From Haloquadratum walsbyi C23 (lineage in GTDB: Archaea > Halobacteriota > Halobacteria > Halobacteriales > Haloferacaceae), in assembly GCF_000237865.1 (NCBI RefSeq), contig NC_017459.1, forward strand, positions 1,290,001 through 1,322,000: a DNA stretch of 32,000 bases, given 5' to 3'. Of this stretch, positions 17,351 through 27,500 are shown piece after piece (position 1 is the stretch's first letter; the number at the start of each line of letters is the position of its first letter). Position numbers and translations under genes: made by a program. The notes under the pieces were generated by a model. The model worked only from the letters and a program-made list of their open reading frames with translations. It had not been told where the DNA came from and ran no database searches.

Positions 17351-17614
17351 TAGAGTGTGTTGGAACTAGCTACGGTATAACTGCTCGGGCGTGAGACCCT
17401 GATAACTTGCCTGTCGAGATATAGTGGTCTCTATCCGGACATGAACTGGTAGAGCAATGGAAGATACGGAAAATTGATTTGAATACCATATCAATCTTAT
17501 CTCACATATTAGATTGAGTAGATAATGTAGGAAAAGATGAGGCATAGTATTATGACTGACAAACAAATAACGTATAAGATAAGATAATGTGGCGGATTCA
17601 TTTGATCAACATAT
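17351..17614. promoter_or_regulatory. Divergent intergenic control region between module A and module B
   Basis: A 264-bp AT-rich gap separates two divergently transcribed ATGs (17350 minus, 17615 plus). A TATA-like stretch tataagataagataa (17573-17587) lies about 30-40 nt upstream of ATG 17615. There is a 6-bp inverted repeat attgat/atcaat near 17473-17495. Promoter positions are inferred, not demonstrated. Confidence 0.35.
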
Positions 17615-20600
17615 ATGACACAACCAATGGGTGAGACTGATATTCCAACATTACAAGATGCATGGGATCCTCGAGAAGATGTTCTCCAGGGTAAAATTCG
17701 AGATGAGAGTCTTGCTGCTGATGCACACGAAGTTGCATATGGGAATAACGTGCCGGATGTATATGATGATACAGAGACGTTCTTCGATTTAACATATCCA
17801 ACATCTGGTGTCACGGGTGTTATCGAAGCGGTTGCTCAACGTGTGATTGCGCATTATCGTGGTGAGTTCCCGGAAGAAAATGGGACTATCACGCTTGACA
17901 CGTCATTTGGGGGAGGAAAGACGCACTCCCAAATTGCCGCATACCATCTTGCTGAACATAGTGACGAAATTCCTGATCTAACGCGATACACACAAAGTGA
18001 CGAAACAGCTCATGAGTATCGCGCTCTCGAAAATAATAAATCAGTACTGACGTCTGTTTTTGTCGGGACAAAGTACGCGCCGAAACCGGTCAAGCCAAAA
18101 CAAGTCCGGCAAGGCGAGCATACCCCAGAAATACAGACAATCTGGGGACATATCGCCTATCAATTGTATGGTGTTGAAGGATATCAGGTAGTGAGTAGTG
18201 GGAATAATCTCGTTGCTCCTGGTGAGCAGTTGCTCAGTAATCTGTTTTCACTGTCTGATGAGGCGGCTGTTATCATTATGGATGAGATTGCGGCTCACTT
18301 ATCTCACGCAACCGCTGTGTCTGTTAATGATGGAAATCTCGCAGAACAGACGCTCAATTTCTTGATGGCGCTGTTCAATTATGCGTCAAACAATAGTGAT
18401 GTGACGGTGATCATGAGTGTTGCAGCTGACGCATTCGAAGATTTCGCGACGATTTTCGAACGCGACCTTTCTTACGATGATGAGGTGATGGATGCCGATG
18501 TTTCCATCCCGATTGCAAAAGAGACCATTCAGGAATTTCAGAATATTGAGGAGCGTGTCGCGAATAAAATCACTCCGGTTGAGGACAGTAATGTTGCAGA
18601 CGTCCTGCGAAATCGGTTATTCAAAAATAACATCGAGACTGGATTGCGTGAGGATATCGCTCAACGATATTACGACTTCTATGATGCCGATAGTAGTTCA
18701 TTCCCAGATGAAGCCTCACAGCCGGAAGCACGCGAACGAATTGAGCAAACATATCCGTTTCACCCAACAGTCGTCGACACGCTAACGAAGCAGATTGATG
18801 CCGTTCCATCATTTCAGAAGGCTCGTGGAGCACTCAAGTTACTTGCCCCAGCCGTCATGCGATTATGGACTGATGAAGGTCAGGGTCCACTGACAGCAGA
18901 TCGTGAGCTGATTCGTCTGTATGATTTACATCCACAGGATGAGCGCACGAGCAAGATGCTGAAGAGTATCTTTGGTGATATTGAGATGGACTTTGAGCCT
19001 GCGGTGAAGGATGACATATACAATACGGATCCGAATGATACACCAAATGCCCTGTATGAGGATAAATATTGGATCAATCGAGGGCAGCCACCACTCGGAA
19101 CCCGAGTTGTAACGACGACAATTTGGAAATCACTCGTAAAAGGTGCAGGAAGCAAAGGAACGAGTCGTGATTACATTAGATACGCGAGCGCGAAGCCTGG
19201 TGAGACGATTGATCACTACAATAGCGCCATCGGGAATCTCCTTGGTGAGAGCGATGAGTCAGCATGTTTCTACTTACATGGTGAGAATAACCAACAATTG
19301 AAATTCAAGACGATTGTCACAGTCGAGAAAGCGATTAATCAGGCGAATCCGCGCACAAGTCGTGTTGATAATCTGCTTGATGAGACGTTATACAATGCCG
19401 CACTTGGTGGATCCTCAATGACAATCTATGAAAACCCACAGGCTGTGCATGAGGTTGACGATACGATTGAGACGCTCGGACAGCTTGTGGTTGTTGAGCC
19501 GTCGACACTCACGATTAGTGAGCCAGATGATATTACAGAAACTGTTGTCACAAAAATTTATGAGAGGTCCGCAAGCTCCAAGCACGGAAACAAGAAGCCG
19601 CGAACGTATAAGAACAATCTAATTTTTCTCGTGCCGGGTATCAGGATTTCGCGCGCTCGGAGCAAGGCAGGTCGCCTCGCTTCGGTTCGCGTTGTACAGG
19701 ATAATCCAGATGATTTTGGGTTGCAGGATGCGCAGTTAGATGAACTCCCAACAAAGCGAGATGAAGCGCGTGGTGATCTTGAGAACTTGGTTAAGAACGC
19801 GTATTCACATGTATATATCCCGAGCAATCCGTCGCCAGACCAACCACATGAAGGACTTGCACATTACAATATCACCGTTACTGACAGTACACTTATTAAC
19901 GCAGTTATCGCCAAATTGGAGGATTCTGGAGAAGTTATTACAAATAATGAGCCAGCGTACAGCCCGAACTGGTTAGAAAATAACCTCTGGATGGCTGTTG
20001 GCGATTCAATGACAACAGTTGAGCTGAAACAACAGATTGGAAAGCAGCGCAGTGCGGAGATATTGCTTGACCCGCGTCCACTACAGAAAACAATCAGGCG
20101 GGCTATTAGAGAGTCCGACAGCAAATTCGCCTACTGGAACCATCACCACGAGCGTGGGTATGTGGATCCAAGTGCATTTGAGGAAATATTTGATGAGCGT
20201 AATGAGACGGTCACATTCGATGAGGCGCATAATCTTGTCGCCGCAGAAGAGCTTGAGGACGTGGGTATTGACAGCTCAGAAGAAGTATATGAATCGACTG
20301 AAACGCTGATAGAGAGTGTCGCCGTTACATGGCAGTGCTCTGATTGTGGTGATTACTTGGACTCAACACGCGAGTATGCTGAGCACTCATGTCAGATAGA
20401 AATTGAGTGCGGACAATGTCCTGACACCTTCTCAACTCAACAAGAGTATGAACAGCACTTACCATGTGGTACAAATTACGACTGTAGTAACTGCGGGCGG
20501 ACGTTCAATACAGAAGAGTCACTCACCGAGCACCAACCGTGTCCATGGCCGCAAACAGTAGTAGGGAAGACGGATAGTCCAGCGGTTGTCACTGAAGCTG

Positions 20601-21067
20601 TCGATACGATTACCGCAGAGATTGAGGATAAGGTGACCCAAATCAAACACAACTTCAACAGTTCAACACATGAAATCAAGCAGTCATTGGACGGACTGAC
20701 TCTCAAACTACAGGGAGATGACGCGTGGAAGAAGGGTGAGTGGATTGCCAAACAGATGCCAGAGCAAGATGGACTTCAGAATGTTGCTGTCGAACTTGAG
20801 TATGAGGCACGATATGATGACAGTCATGTTGAGACTCACTTCGATGGTACTGGCAAAATGTTTGCAGACACACTCAAACATACAAACAAACCGAGTGGGT
20901 CACCAGATGATCAGTATATTGAAATCTTGATCAAGGCTGACACATCACTTGAATTAAATCGGCTTGATATTCTTGAGGATATTATCCCTGGTGCGACGAC
21001 TATCGAAATGAGTGTGAGAACAGCTCTTGAATTGACCGAAGATGAGAAACAAGAGATGACTCCATAA
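17615..21067 (+). CDS. DUF499-type P-loop ATPase (PbeA-like) with a C-terminal triple C2HC zinc-finger insert
   Basis: 1150 aa. The N-terminal pattern ...ESLAADAHEVAYGN..PDVYDD.ETFFDLTYPTSG... is followed by Walker A TSFGGGKTHS and Walker B AVIIMDEIAAH, which I recognise as typical of the DUF499 family. Three CxxC-x12-H-x(1-2)-C units lie at nt 20330-20542. Confidence 0.8.
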   Translation: MTQPMGETDIPTLQDAWDPREDVLQGKIRDESLAADAHEVAYGNNVPDVYDDTETFFDLTYPTSGVTGVIEAVAQRVIAHYRGEFPEENGTITLDTSFGGGKTHSQIAAYHLAEHSDEIPDLTRYTQSDETAHEYRALENNKSVLTSVFVGTKYAPKPVKPKQVRQGEHTPEIQTIWGHIAYQLYGVEGYQVVSSGNNLVAPGEQLLSNLFSLSDEAAVIIMDEIAAHLSHATAVSVNDGNLAEQTLNFLMALFNYASNNSDVTVIMSVAADAFEDFATIFERDLSYDDEVMDADVSIPIAKETIQEFQNIEERVANKITPVEDSNVADVLRNRLFKNNIETGLREDIAQRYYDFYDADSSSFPDEASQPEARERIEQTYPFHPTVVDTLTKQIDAVPSFQKARGALKLLAPAVMRLWTDEGQGPLTADRELIRLYDLHPQDERTSKMLKSIFGDIEMDFEPAVKDDIYNTDPNDTPNALYEDKYWINRGQPPLGTRVVTTTIWKSLVKGAGSKGTSRDYIRYASAKPGETIDHYNSAIGNLLGESDESACFYLHGENNQQLKFKTIVTVEKAINQANPRTSRVDNLLDETLYNAALGGSSMTIYENPQAVHEVDDTIETLGQLVVVEPSTLTISEPDDITETVVTKIYERSASSKHGNKKPRTYKNNLIFLVPGIRISRARSKAGRLASVRVVQDNPDDFGLQDAQLDELPTKRDEARGDLENLVKNAYSHVYIPSNPSPDQPHEGLAHYNITVTDSTLINAVIAKLEDSGEVITNNEPAYSPNWLENNLWMAVGDSMTTVELKQQIGKQRSAEILLDPRPLQKTIRRAIRESDSKFAYWNHHHERGYVDPSAFEEIFDERNETVTFDEAHNLVAAEELEDVGIDSSEEVYESTETLIESVAVTWQCSDCGDYLDSTREYAEHSCQIEIECGQCPDTFSTQQEYEQHLPCGTNYDCSNCGRTFNTEESLTEHQPCPWPQTVVGKTDSPAVVTEAVDTITAEIEDKVTQIKHNFNSSTHEIKQSLDGLTLKLQGDDAWKKGEWIAKQMPEQDGLQNVAVELEYEARYDDSHVETHFDGTGKMFADTLKHTNKPSGSPDDQYIEILIKADTSLELNRLDILEDIIPGATTIEMSVRTALELTEDEKQEMTP

Positions 21068-21071
21068 CTGC

Positions 21072-21698
21072 ATGAGCGGAACACAATACAATTCAGAGCC
21101 ATTCGCATTTACTGCAGGTCGATATGGTGATCGACCGGTTTTCATATTGACACGGCGGTGGAAGCAGAAAGGACCAGAGGTGACACTGTATGAGCTTGCG
21201 CCAGATAATATCGCACAGACGCGTAGGGAGCGATTTGATGATATGTCATCGTCGGCAAGTCTGACAATTCACGAACTCCCTGATATCATCGCAGACGGTC
21301 AGACACCGAATGATATCAAAAGTGGTCACGGTGACGGGACACATGACTGGTCGAACTGGCAAGCGTTGAAGATTGTAACGCTCGGTGGTGAACGAAACAA
21401 GATCGCGATTAGTTCGCTTGTGAGACCAGTACTCACTTCTGGGGAATATGATACGGATTCGGTCTGTGTCGGGAGTGACGGCTCGCTTGCAGTATCAGAG
21501 TCGGTCGGCATTCGGTTGTCAATTGGATTTCGAGCGTTGCGCCCAGTCAGAAAGCAGAATCGACTTCAGGCGATTGCTGATGGGGTGAGTAATATGACAC
21601 TTGGTGAGTGTTACTATTGGCATGCCAAAATGCGGTCGCCAACGGTTCCGAGTGGTGCAAAGGCACTTCGAATACTTCTCAGTAGTCACATTAACTGA
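21072..21698 (+). CDS. Small conserved-slot protein (position of DUF3780/PbeB in DUF499-DUF1156-helicase clusters)
   Basis: 208 aa. Starts 4 nt after the upstream stop and ends 2 nt before the next ATG. I recognise no motif, so the assignment rests on gene order only. Confidence 0.5.
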   Translation: MSGTQYNSEPFAFTAGRYGDRPVFILTRRWKQKGPEVTLYELAPDNIAQTRRERFDDMSSSASLTIHELPDIIADGQTPNDIKSGHGDGTHDWSNWQALKIVTLGGERNKIAISSLVRPVLTSGEYDTDSVCVGSDGSLAVSESVGIRLSIGFRALRPVRKQNRLQAIADGVSNMTLGECYYWHAKMRSPTVPSGAKALRILLSSHIN

Positions 21699-21700
21699 TC

Positions 21701-24553
21701 ATGGCATACGATACCTCAGACACAGAGAGTACCGAAAGGGAAACACAACAAGCAAAAGATACTGTTCCAAGCACGGTTGCGATTGAAGATGACTTGCCAC
21801 TCATGGCAATTGATATTGAAAATGAAAAGGATATCATGGCAAACCGAGGGCACGCCAGCAGGAGGTTTTCAAAATGGTTTGCCGCCCGACCAATCCCAGC
21901 TGTGCGACTTGCAATACTCGGGTCTGTATATCCAGAACGTCAGATAACTGATGACGAACTACTAAAATTAATGCAGATTGGACCTAGCGAAATTGACTCA
22001 AATATAGCTCAGTATGTGAGACAAAAATACACCGAAGAGAAGGATAGATACGATACATTAGACGATCATTATAATTATCCGAACCCAAATAGCCAGACCC
22101 CCTCTAAATCCCAGATTAAAGAAAATAAACAACATGTCAAAGAGTACTGGGGTGGAGAGTTGCCTACAATTCTTGATCCAACCGCTGGTCGAGGAACAAT
22201 TCCATTTGAGGCGATGCGATACGGACTACCAGCGATATCAAATGAGCTTGATCCGGTCCCATTTACTATTAGTAAGATTACATTAGAGCTTGCACCAGAG
22301 GTCGGGTCTGTTGCTGAATCATATGATCGTTGGACAAAGGAGATAATTGAACGGACGAAAGACAGAATCAGTCAGTATTATCCAACAAAGGAATCTGGTC
22401 GTCAGATACTGAATTATGCGATGACGTATATCATTGATTGTGACTCCTGTATGGGGCGACTCCCGTTAATAAACAATTGGCGATTGAATGACGATGCAGC
22501 CGGTGGAGACGTGATTACGCCAACATATCAGGATGGGAATGTATCATACAACCATGCACGGAGAGAAGAGACACCAGAGTTTGACCCGTCAGATGCACCT
22601 GTCGCCCGTGGTGGAGACGCTGAATGTCCACACTGTGGTGTTACAACAGATGCAGCACGAATCAGAGAAAAATTCCAAAATAATGAGTTTGAGTACAGTG
22701 TCTTTGGGGTCAGTTATGAGAGTGAGACTGGCGAATATGAATATCGTGCCGGCGATGAAATAGATCTTAGAGGCATAAACAAAGCCAGTGAGCGTATTGA
22801 GTCTGATTTTGAGTTGATGGACTTCTTTGTTGAAGAATACGCTCCGAAACAGTGTGATAGAGTAAAAAACTATGGGATAGATCAGTGGCGAGACTTATTC
22901 ACACCGCGGCAGCTGGTCACTCATTACGAGCTATTTGAAGTAATTAATGAAGTAAAGAATGGAATACGTGAATCATATGCGAGTAAAAAAGCAAAGCTGA
23001 TTATTACGCTGATAACACAGGCAATTAATCAGCAGGTTCTATTTAATAATAGACTAGCTAAGTGGTTTCCTCAACATGGAACTGGTCATGAGACATTTGC
23101 TAGTCAGAGTTACAGTATGAAGAGAATGTTTGTTGATAATAACATAGTAGCTGAAAGGAAGGGTTTAAAAAGACGGTTTAAACATGTAATTGATAATTAT
23201 GAGGACTTAGCATCTCAAGTATCCCAAGTAGATTCAGACATTGATATTTATAATACTGATGCGACCTCCTTATCTGGGGAAGTAAGCGCCAATGCTGTTC
23301 AGGTTGCAGTCATCGATCCACCATATTTTGATAGTGTTATGTATGGTGAACTATCTGATTTCATGATGATCAGTCATAGAGAAGTGCTTGATGACATATT
23401 TCCTGACGCGATGCAGAATCTAAGCAACGACGAGCAGATGGTTGTCAACAATGTCCGGCATGATAACCCAGAAGAATTCTATGAATCAATGATGCGGGAC
23501 ATGTTTGCAGAATTGGGAGAGATTCTCGTTGAAAATGGTATATTGACGCTCATGTTCACCGACAGAGAGACGAAAGCATGGAATACAATTCTGAAGACGC
23601 TTATTCAGTCTGACTTTACAATCACTGCCGCACACCCAATCAAGACAGAGGCGAGCGACAAAGCCGGTATGCACGACAAAGCCCGTGTTGAAAGTTCTAT
23701 CTTTGTTACAGCACGCAACACGCCAAATGAAACAGATACGTCTGAATGGAGGGAGATAAGAGATACCATTGAGTCTATCGCTCGGAAGGAAGCACAGCGG
23801 CTACTCTCTGTTGAGACTATCAGTAAAATAGATACATCAATCGAAGCATTTGGAGCTGCACTGGAAGCGTACTCAGATGCATATCCAGTTGAGGATAAGT
23901 ACGGTGACACGGTCTATCCGGGTCAGGTGCTCACGACAGTTCGAAACGAGGTATACAGTGTCATTGCAAACGATGAGTTGTCAACCAAGACTGACCGACT
24001 GGATGGTGTTTCGCGATGGTACATCCTTGCCAATGTCCTCTATGATGATGCTGATATTCCATTTGATGAGGCGAATCAGCTTGGTATCGGTGCCGATATT
24101 GATATCAACGAGATCAAGAGACCAACAAAAATTTGGTCAAAATCAGGCGGTAATGTAAGTCTGAACAATCACAGTGATCGTGTACAAGATATTGTTAAGC
24201 TGCGCGATAACAGTGCTGACAATCCATCAACCCGAAAGTACCCCGTTAATCCGACGGCTGACAGCTTCACATACACGATTGACGCTGTTCATGCTGCACT
24301 CCATATATATAAACAAGAAGGACAGAGAGCAACTCGCGACTGGCTCGCACAGCGTGAATTCAAGAGTAATCAGCAATTTAAAAAAGCAATCAAAGCGCTA
24401 CTTGAGGCGGTGCCTGTGGACAGTCGAACGCGAGAGATACTTCAAGATCTCACCGCTGGTGAAACAGGTGATTATCTTGATATTAGTGTCGAAGAGCTCA
24501 GTATTGGTAATTCGAGCAGTGCTAGGCAGAGCGGTATTGAGGAGTATAAGTAA
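21701..24553 (+). CDS. DUF1156-type Zn-ribbon-containing N6-adenine (DPPY) DNA methyltransferase (PbeC-like / DrmMI-like)
   Basis: 950 aa. N-terminal DUF1156-like signature FSKWFAARPIPAVRLAIL. SAM-binding motif I is ILDPTAGRGTIPFEA. Cys pairs CDSC (aa 246-249) and CPHC (aa 309-312) form the Zn ribbon. Catalytic motif IV is VIDPPYFDSV (DPPY at nt 23315-23326). Confidence 0.85.
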   Translation: MAYDTSDTESTERETQQAKDTVPSTVAIEDDLPLMAIDIENEKDIMANRGHASRRFSKWFAARPIPAVRLAILGSVYPERQITDDELLKLMQIGPSEIDSNIAQYVRQKYTEEKDRYDTLDDHYNYPNPNSQTPSKSQIKENKQHVKEYWGGELPTILDPTAGRGTIPFEAMRYGLPAISNELDPVPFTISKITLELAPEVGSVAESYDRWTKEIIERTKDRISQYYPTKESGRQILNYAMTYIIDCDSCMGRLPLINNWRLNDDAAGGDVITPTYQDGNVSYNHARREETPEFDPSDAPVARGGDAECPHCGVTTDAARIREKFQNNEFEYSVFGVSYESETGEYEYRAGDEIDLRGINKASERIESDFELMDFFVEEYAPKQCDRVKNYGIDQWRDLFTPRQLVTHYELFEVINEVKNGIRESYASKKAKLIITLITQAINQQVLFNNRLAKWFPQHGTGHETFASQSYSMKRMFVDNNIVAERKGLKRRFKHVIDNYEDLASQVSQVDSDIDIYNTDATSLSGEVSANAVQVAVIDPPYFDSVMYGELSDFMMISHREVLDDIFPDAMQNLSNDEQMVVNNVRHDNPEEFYESMMRDMFAELGEILVENGILTLMFTDRETKAWNTILKTLIQSDFTITAAHPIKTEASDKAGMHDKARVESSIFVTARNTPNETDTSEWREIRDTIESIARKEAQRLLSVETISKIDTSIEAFGAALEAYSDAYPVEDKYGDTVYPGQVLTTVRNEVYSVIANDELSTKTDRLDGVSRWYILANVLYDDADIPFDEANQLGIGADIDINEIKRPTKIWSKSGGNVSLNNHSDRVQDIVKLRDNSADNPSTRKYPVNPTADSFTYTIDAVHAALHIYKQEGQRATRDWLAQREFKSNQQFKKAIKALLEAVPVDSRTREILQDLTAGETGDYLDISVEELSIGNSSSARQSGIEEYK

Positions 24554-24570
24554 TCAAGAGTGTATTGCTC

Positions 24571-27500
24571 ATGTTTAGCAACAATAGTTGGCAGTTAACA
24601 TATGAAAGCGGAACTGACGATTTATTCACAGATTTTTATGAGCCATTTTTATCTGAGGCAGAACAGTACAATCGTATTGCTGGGTATTTGAGCCTCCGGG
24701 GGCTTGCAGCAGCGCTTGAAGGTGTTGACTCGATGCTTGAGACAGACGGTGAAATTCGTGTGATTACTGGCGCTGACCTGCAACAGCGCGAGAGAGAATA
24801 TCTGTTAACCGATACCGAGGGCACGTTCCCTAACTGGACAAAATCTCAGTTAGCCATCATCGCCGAACTATTTGATCGAGGTGACTTGTCAATCAAAGTT
24901 GCTGATGTCTCACAGCAGACTGGTATGTTTCATTCAAAACTTGGGATTGGGGTTGACGCGAATGATGATGTGCTCACTTTCGAAGGAAGCATCAATGAAA
25001 CACCGAACGGGTGGTTGCGGAGTTATGAGCGGTTCAAAATACACCGATCGTGGAAGTATGTCGAGAGAGAATATGTCGAACGTGATCGGGAGACATTCGA
25101 TATGTTGTGGAACGATAACCACTCATATGTTGATGTGTATGAGTTGAGCGAAGCTGACAAACAAGATATTGCGAGTTGGCAACCCGACGGCGGGCAACAA
25201 CTGCAGAAAGCAAGGGAAACTGTTCGTGAGGGACGACCAGAGAATGCCCCATCAGAATGGGAGCTAGCACGTGCACTATCTGTGAACGGTCAAACTCCAG
25301 GAGGATTGCATCTCGCTGAGGATGTGAGTACAATCACGCCATGGCCACACCAACGGTCGATTTCAGATACTGTTGTGAGCCATTATCCGAGCAATTTCAT
25401 TTTGAGTGATGAGGTTGGACTCGGCAAGACGATTGAGGTCGGGCTGACGCTCTCACGATTAATCCAGACCGGCGATGTTGAGACTGCACTCTTACTTGTT
25501 CCAGCCAGTCTTATGGAACAGTGGCAGCGCGAATTACGTGACAAATTCAATCTGAACGCCTATCGATTCGAGCGACAGAGCGGATATCCTGTCGTTACCG
25601 GGTCATATGGAGATGGAAGCAGCAGTACTGTGACGCTCAGTGGTGATGTGACAGCCTCCGACTGGTCTGATACACCAATTGGTGGGTTTGTTGACAAGCG
25701 TGATCGTCCGACTATTATCATCCAATCGTGGCACCGTGCCCGCATGACTGGTAATCAACAGCATGTCGCCCCACAAACAGACGAGACAGTCTGGGATGCG
25801 ACAGTTGTCGATGAAGCGCATAACGCACGGAATCCGGACACGAAATTTTACAAACTGCTGGGGGATGTGCGAGACAGTTCACGAGCATTGTATGCACTTT
25901 CTGCAACCCCGATGCAGGTTCGGATTGAGGAGTTGCATGACATACTTCGATTGACCGAATTGCCTGATTCTTGGGATGACCGCAAACAGTTGGCGAATTT
26001 CTTCCGAACAAAAATGATCCTCCGTGAGACATTAGCCGAAGGCAGAATTGGCGATTCGTTTGGCGATATTGAGCGAGAGATTGAACGAACGTTCCAGCGA
26101 AAGTATGCAGACCGATTTGACGAATCAAGACACAGTCATATTGAAAATGACCTCTCACTCGAAGTAGTCAGAGCACGATTTGAGCAGTTCGCAAGAATGA
26201 TTGCCGATCACGCCGCGTCATATCCGGGCTACACTGACTATATTGACCAACTTGCTGATACTATTGAGACTGATGAAGGCATGCGAGTACGGTTCTCACT
26301 GCGCAAGCAATTGAAGCGATTGATTGATTCTGATGAGCGTCGGTTTGTTGATGATCCTGCGGAGATTCTGTATGATCTCGACGACAAACTCGGGTGGAGA
26401 CTTGTCGTTCGGATGTCCGAAGATATGAATCCAGTTCAGTCGCGTATGTTTCGAAACACTCGGGAGGTGTTACGCGATGCGAAAGAGGACGGACGTCTAG
26501 ACGCGACAGTGCCACGTCGTGATGTTTCGACAGAGCATGTCCCGCTTGATAATGAGATAGAAGAGTTATTTGACGAGATCGAATCATACATCAAAAACAC
26601 GTATCAGCGGTCGACAGAAGTGCTTGATGACCAGCAGAAAGCCGCTCTTGGATTTGTGATGACAATCTATCGCAAGCGATTAGCGAGCAGTTTTGCGGCT
26701 ATTCAGAGCACATTACGGAGCCGATACAATTCACTTGGTGACAAACTCCCTGATGATGCTGACGAGCTTGAGTCACAAGTACGGGGGAGTGAGGCATCAG
26801 AAGCTGACGTGAGGGCGATTGTGGATGACGAAACAATCAATCAGTATCAGGTGAGTAAACGAAAGATCATACAGTACGAGCAGTCCCAAATTGAGCAGTT
26901 TATTACGAAACTCCGATCACAAAAGACCGATCCGAAGGTAAGCAAGTTATCGAGCGCGATTGATGAATATCGCGAGGAGGGATATCACGATATCGTTATT
27001 TTCACACAGTATACTGACACGATGGATGATATCGCAAATGAGCTGAAGTTGCTCAACGATGTTGGCATATTCAGTGGTGATGGCGGAAGCGTGTACAGAA
27101 ATCACGAGTGGGTTGACGTCGGAAAAGAAGGAGTCAAAAAATCATTTGCAGATGACGACGGAATTGGGATTTTGGTCTGCACAGATAGTGCAAGTGAGGG
27201 ACTCAACCTTCAGACAGGCGAGCTACTGATCAATTATGATCTGCCGTGGAATCCGATGCAGGTTGAGCAACGAATCGGTCGGATTGATCGAATCGGGCAG
27301 GAAAATGAGGTGGTGAAGATTGTGAATTATGCGTACGAAGATGAGATTGACGCTCAAATATATGAGAGTCTTGATGATAAACTCGATATTTTTGATCAGG
27401 TCGTCGGTGATACGCGACCTGTGCTTGCCGGAATCGAGTCCGAAATTCGCGATATCGCACTGAAAGAGGATACAGAAACGATTGAGCAACTGACTAAGGA

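Noticed and set aside
17366-17566. 66-aa minus-strand ORF inside the divergent intergenic region
   Set aside because: It is an AT-rich, hydrophobic, low-complexity translation with no coupling to neighbours. The region is more plausibly promoter DNA.
25718-26158. 146-aa minus-strand ORF (and a similar one at 27223-27609)
   Set aside because: Both lie entirely inside, and antisense to, the SNF2 helicase CDS, which has strong motif support. They have no motifs and an atypical (basic, Cys/His-rich) composition for this acidic proteome.
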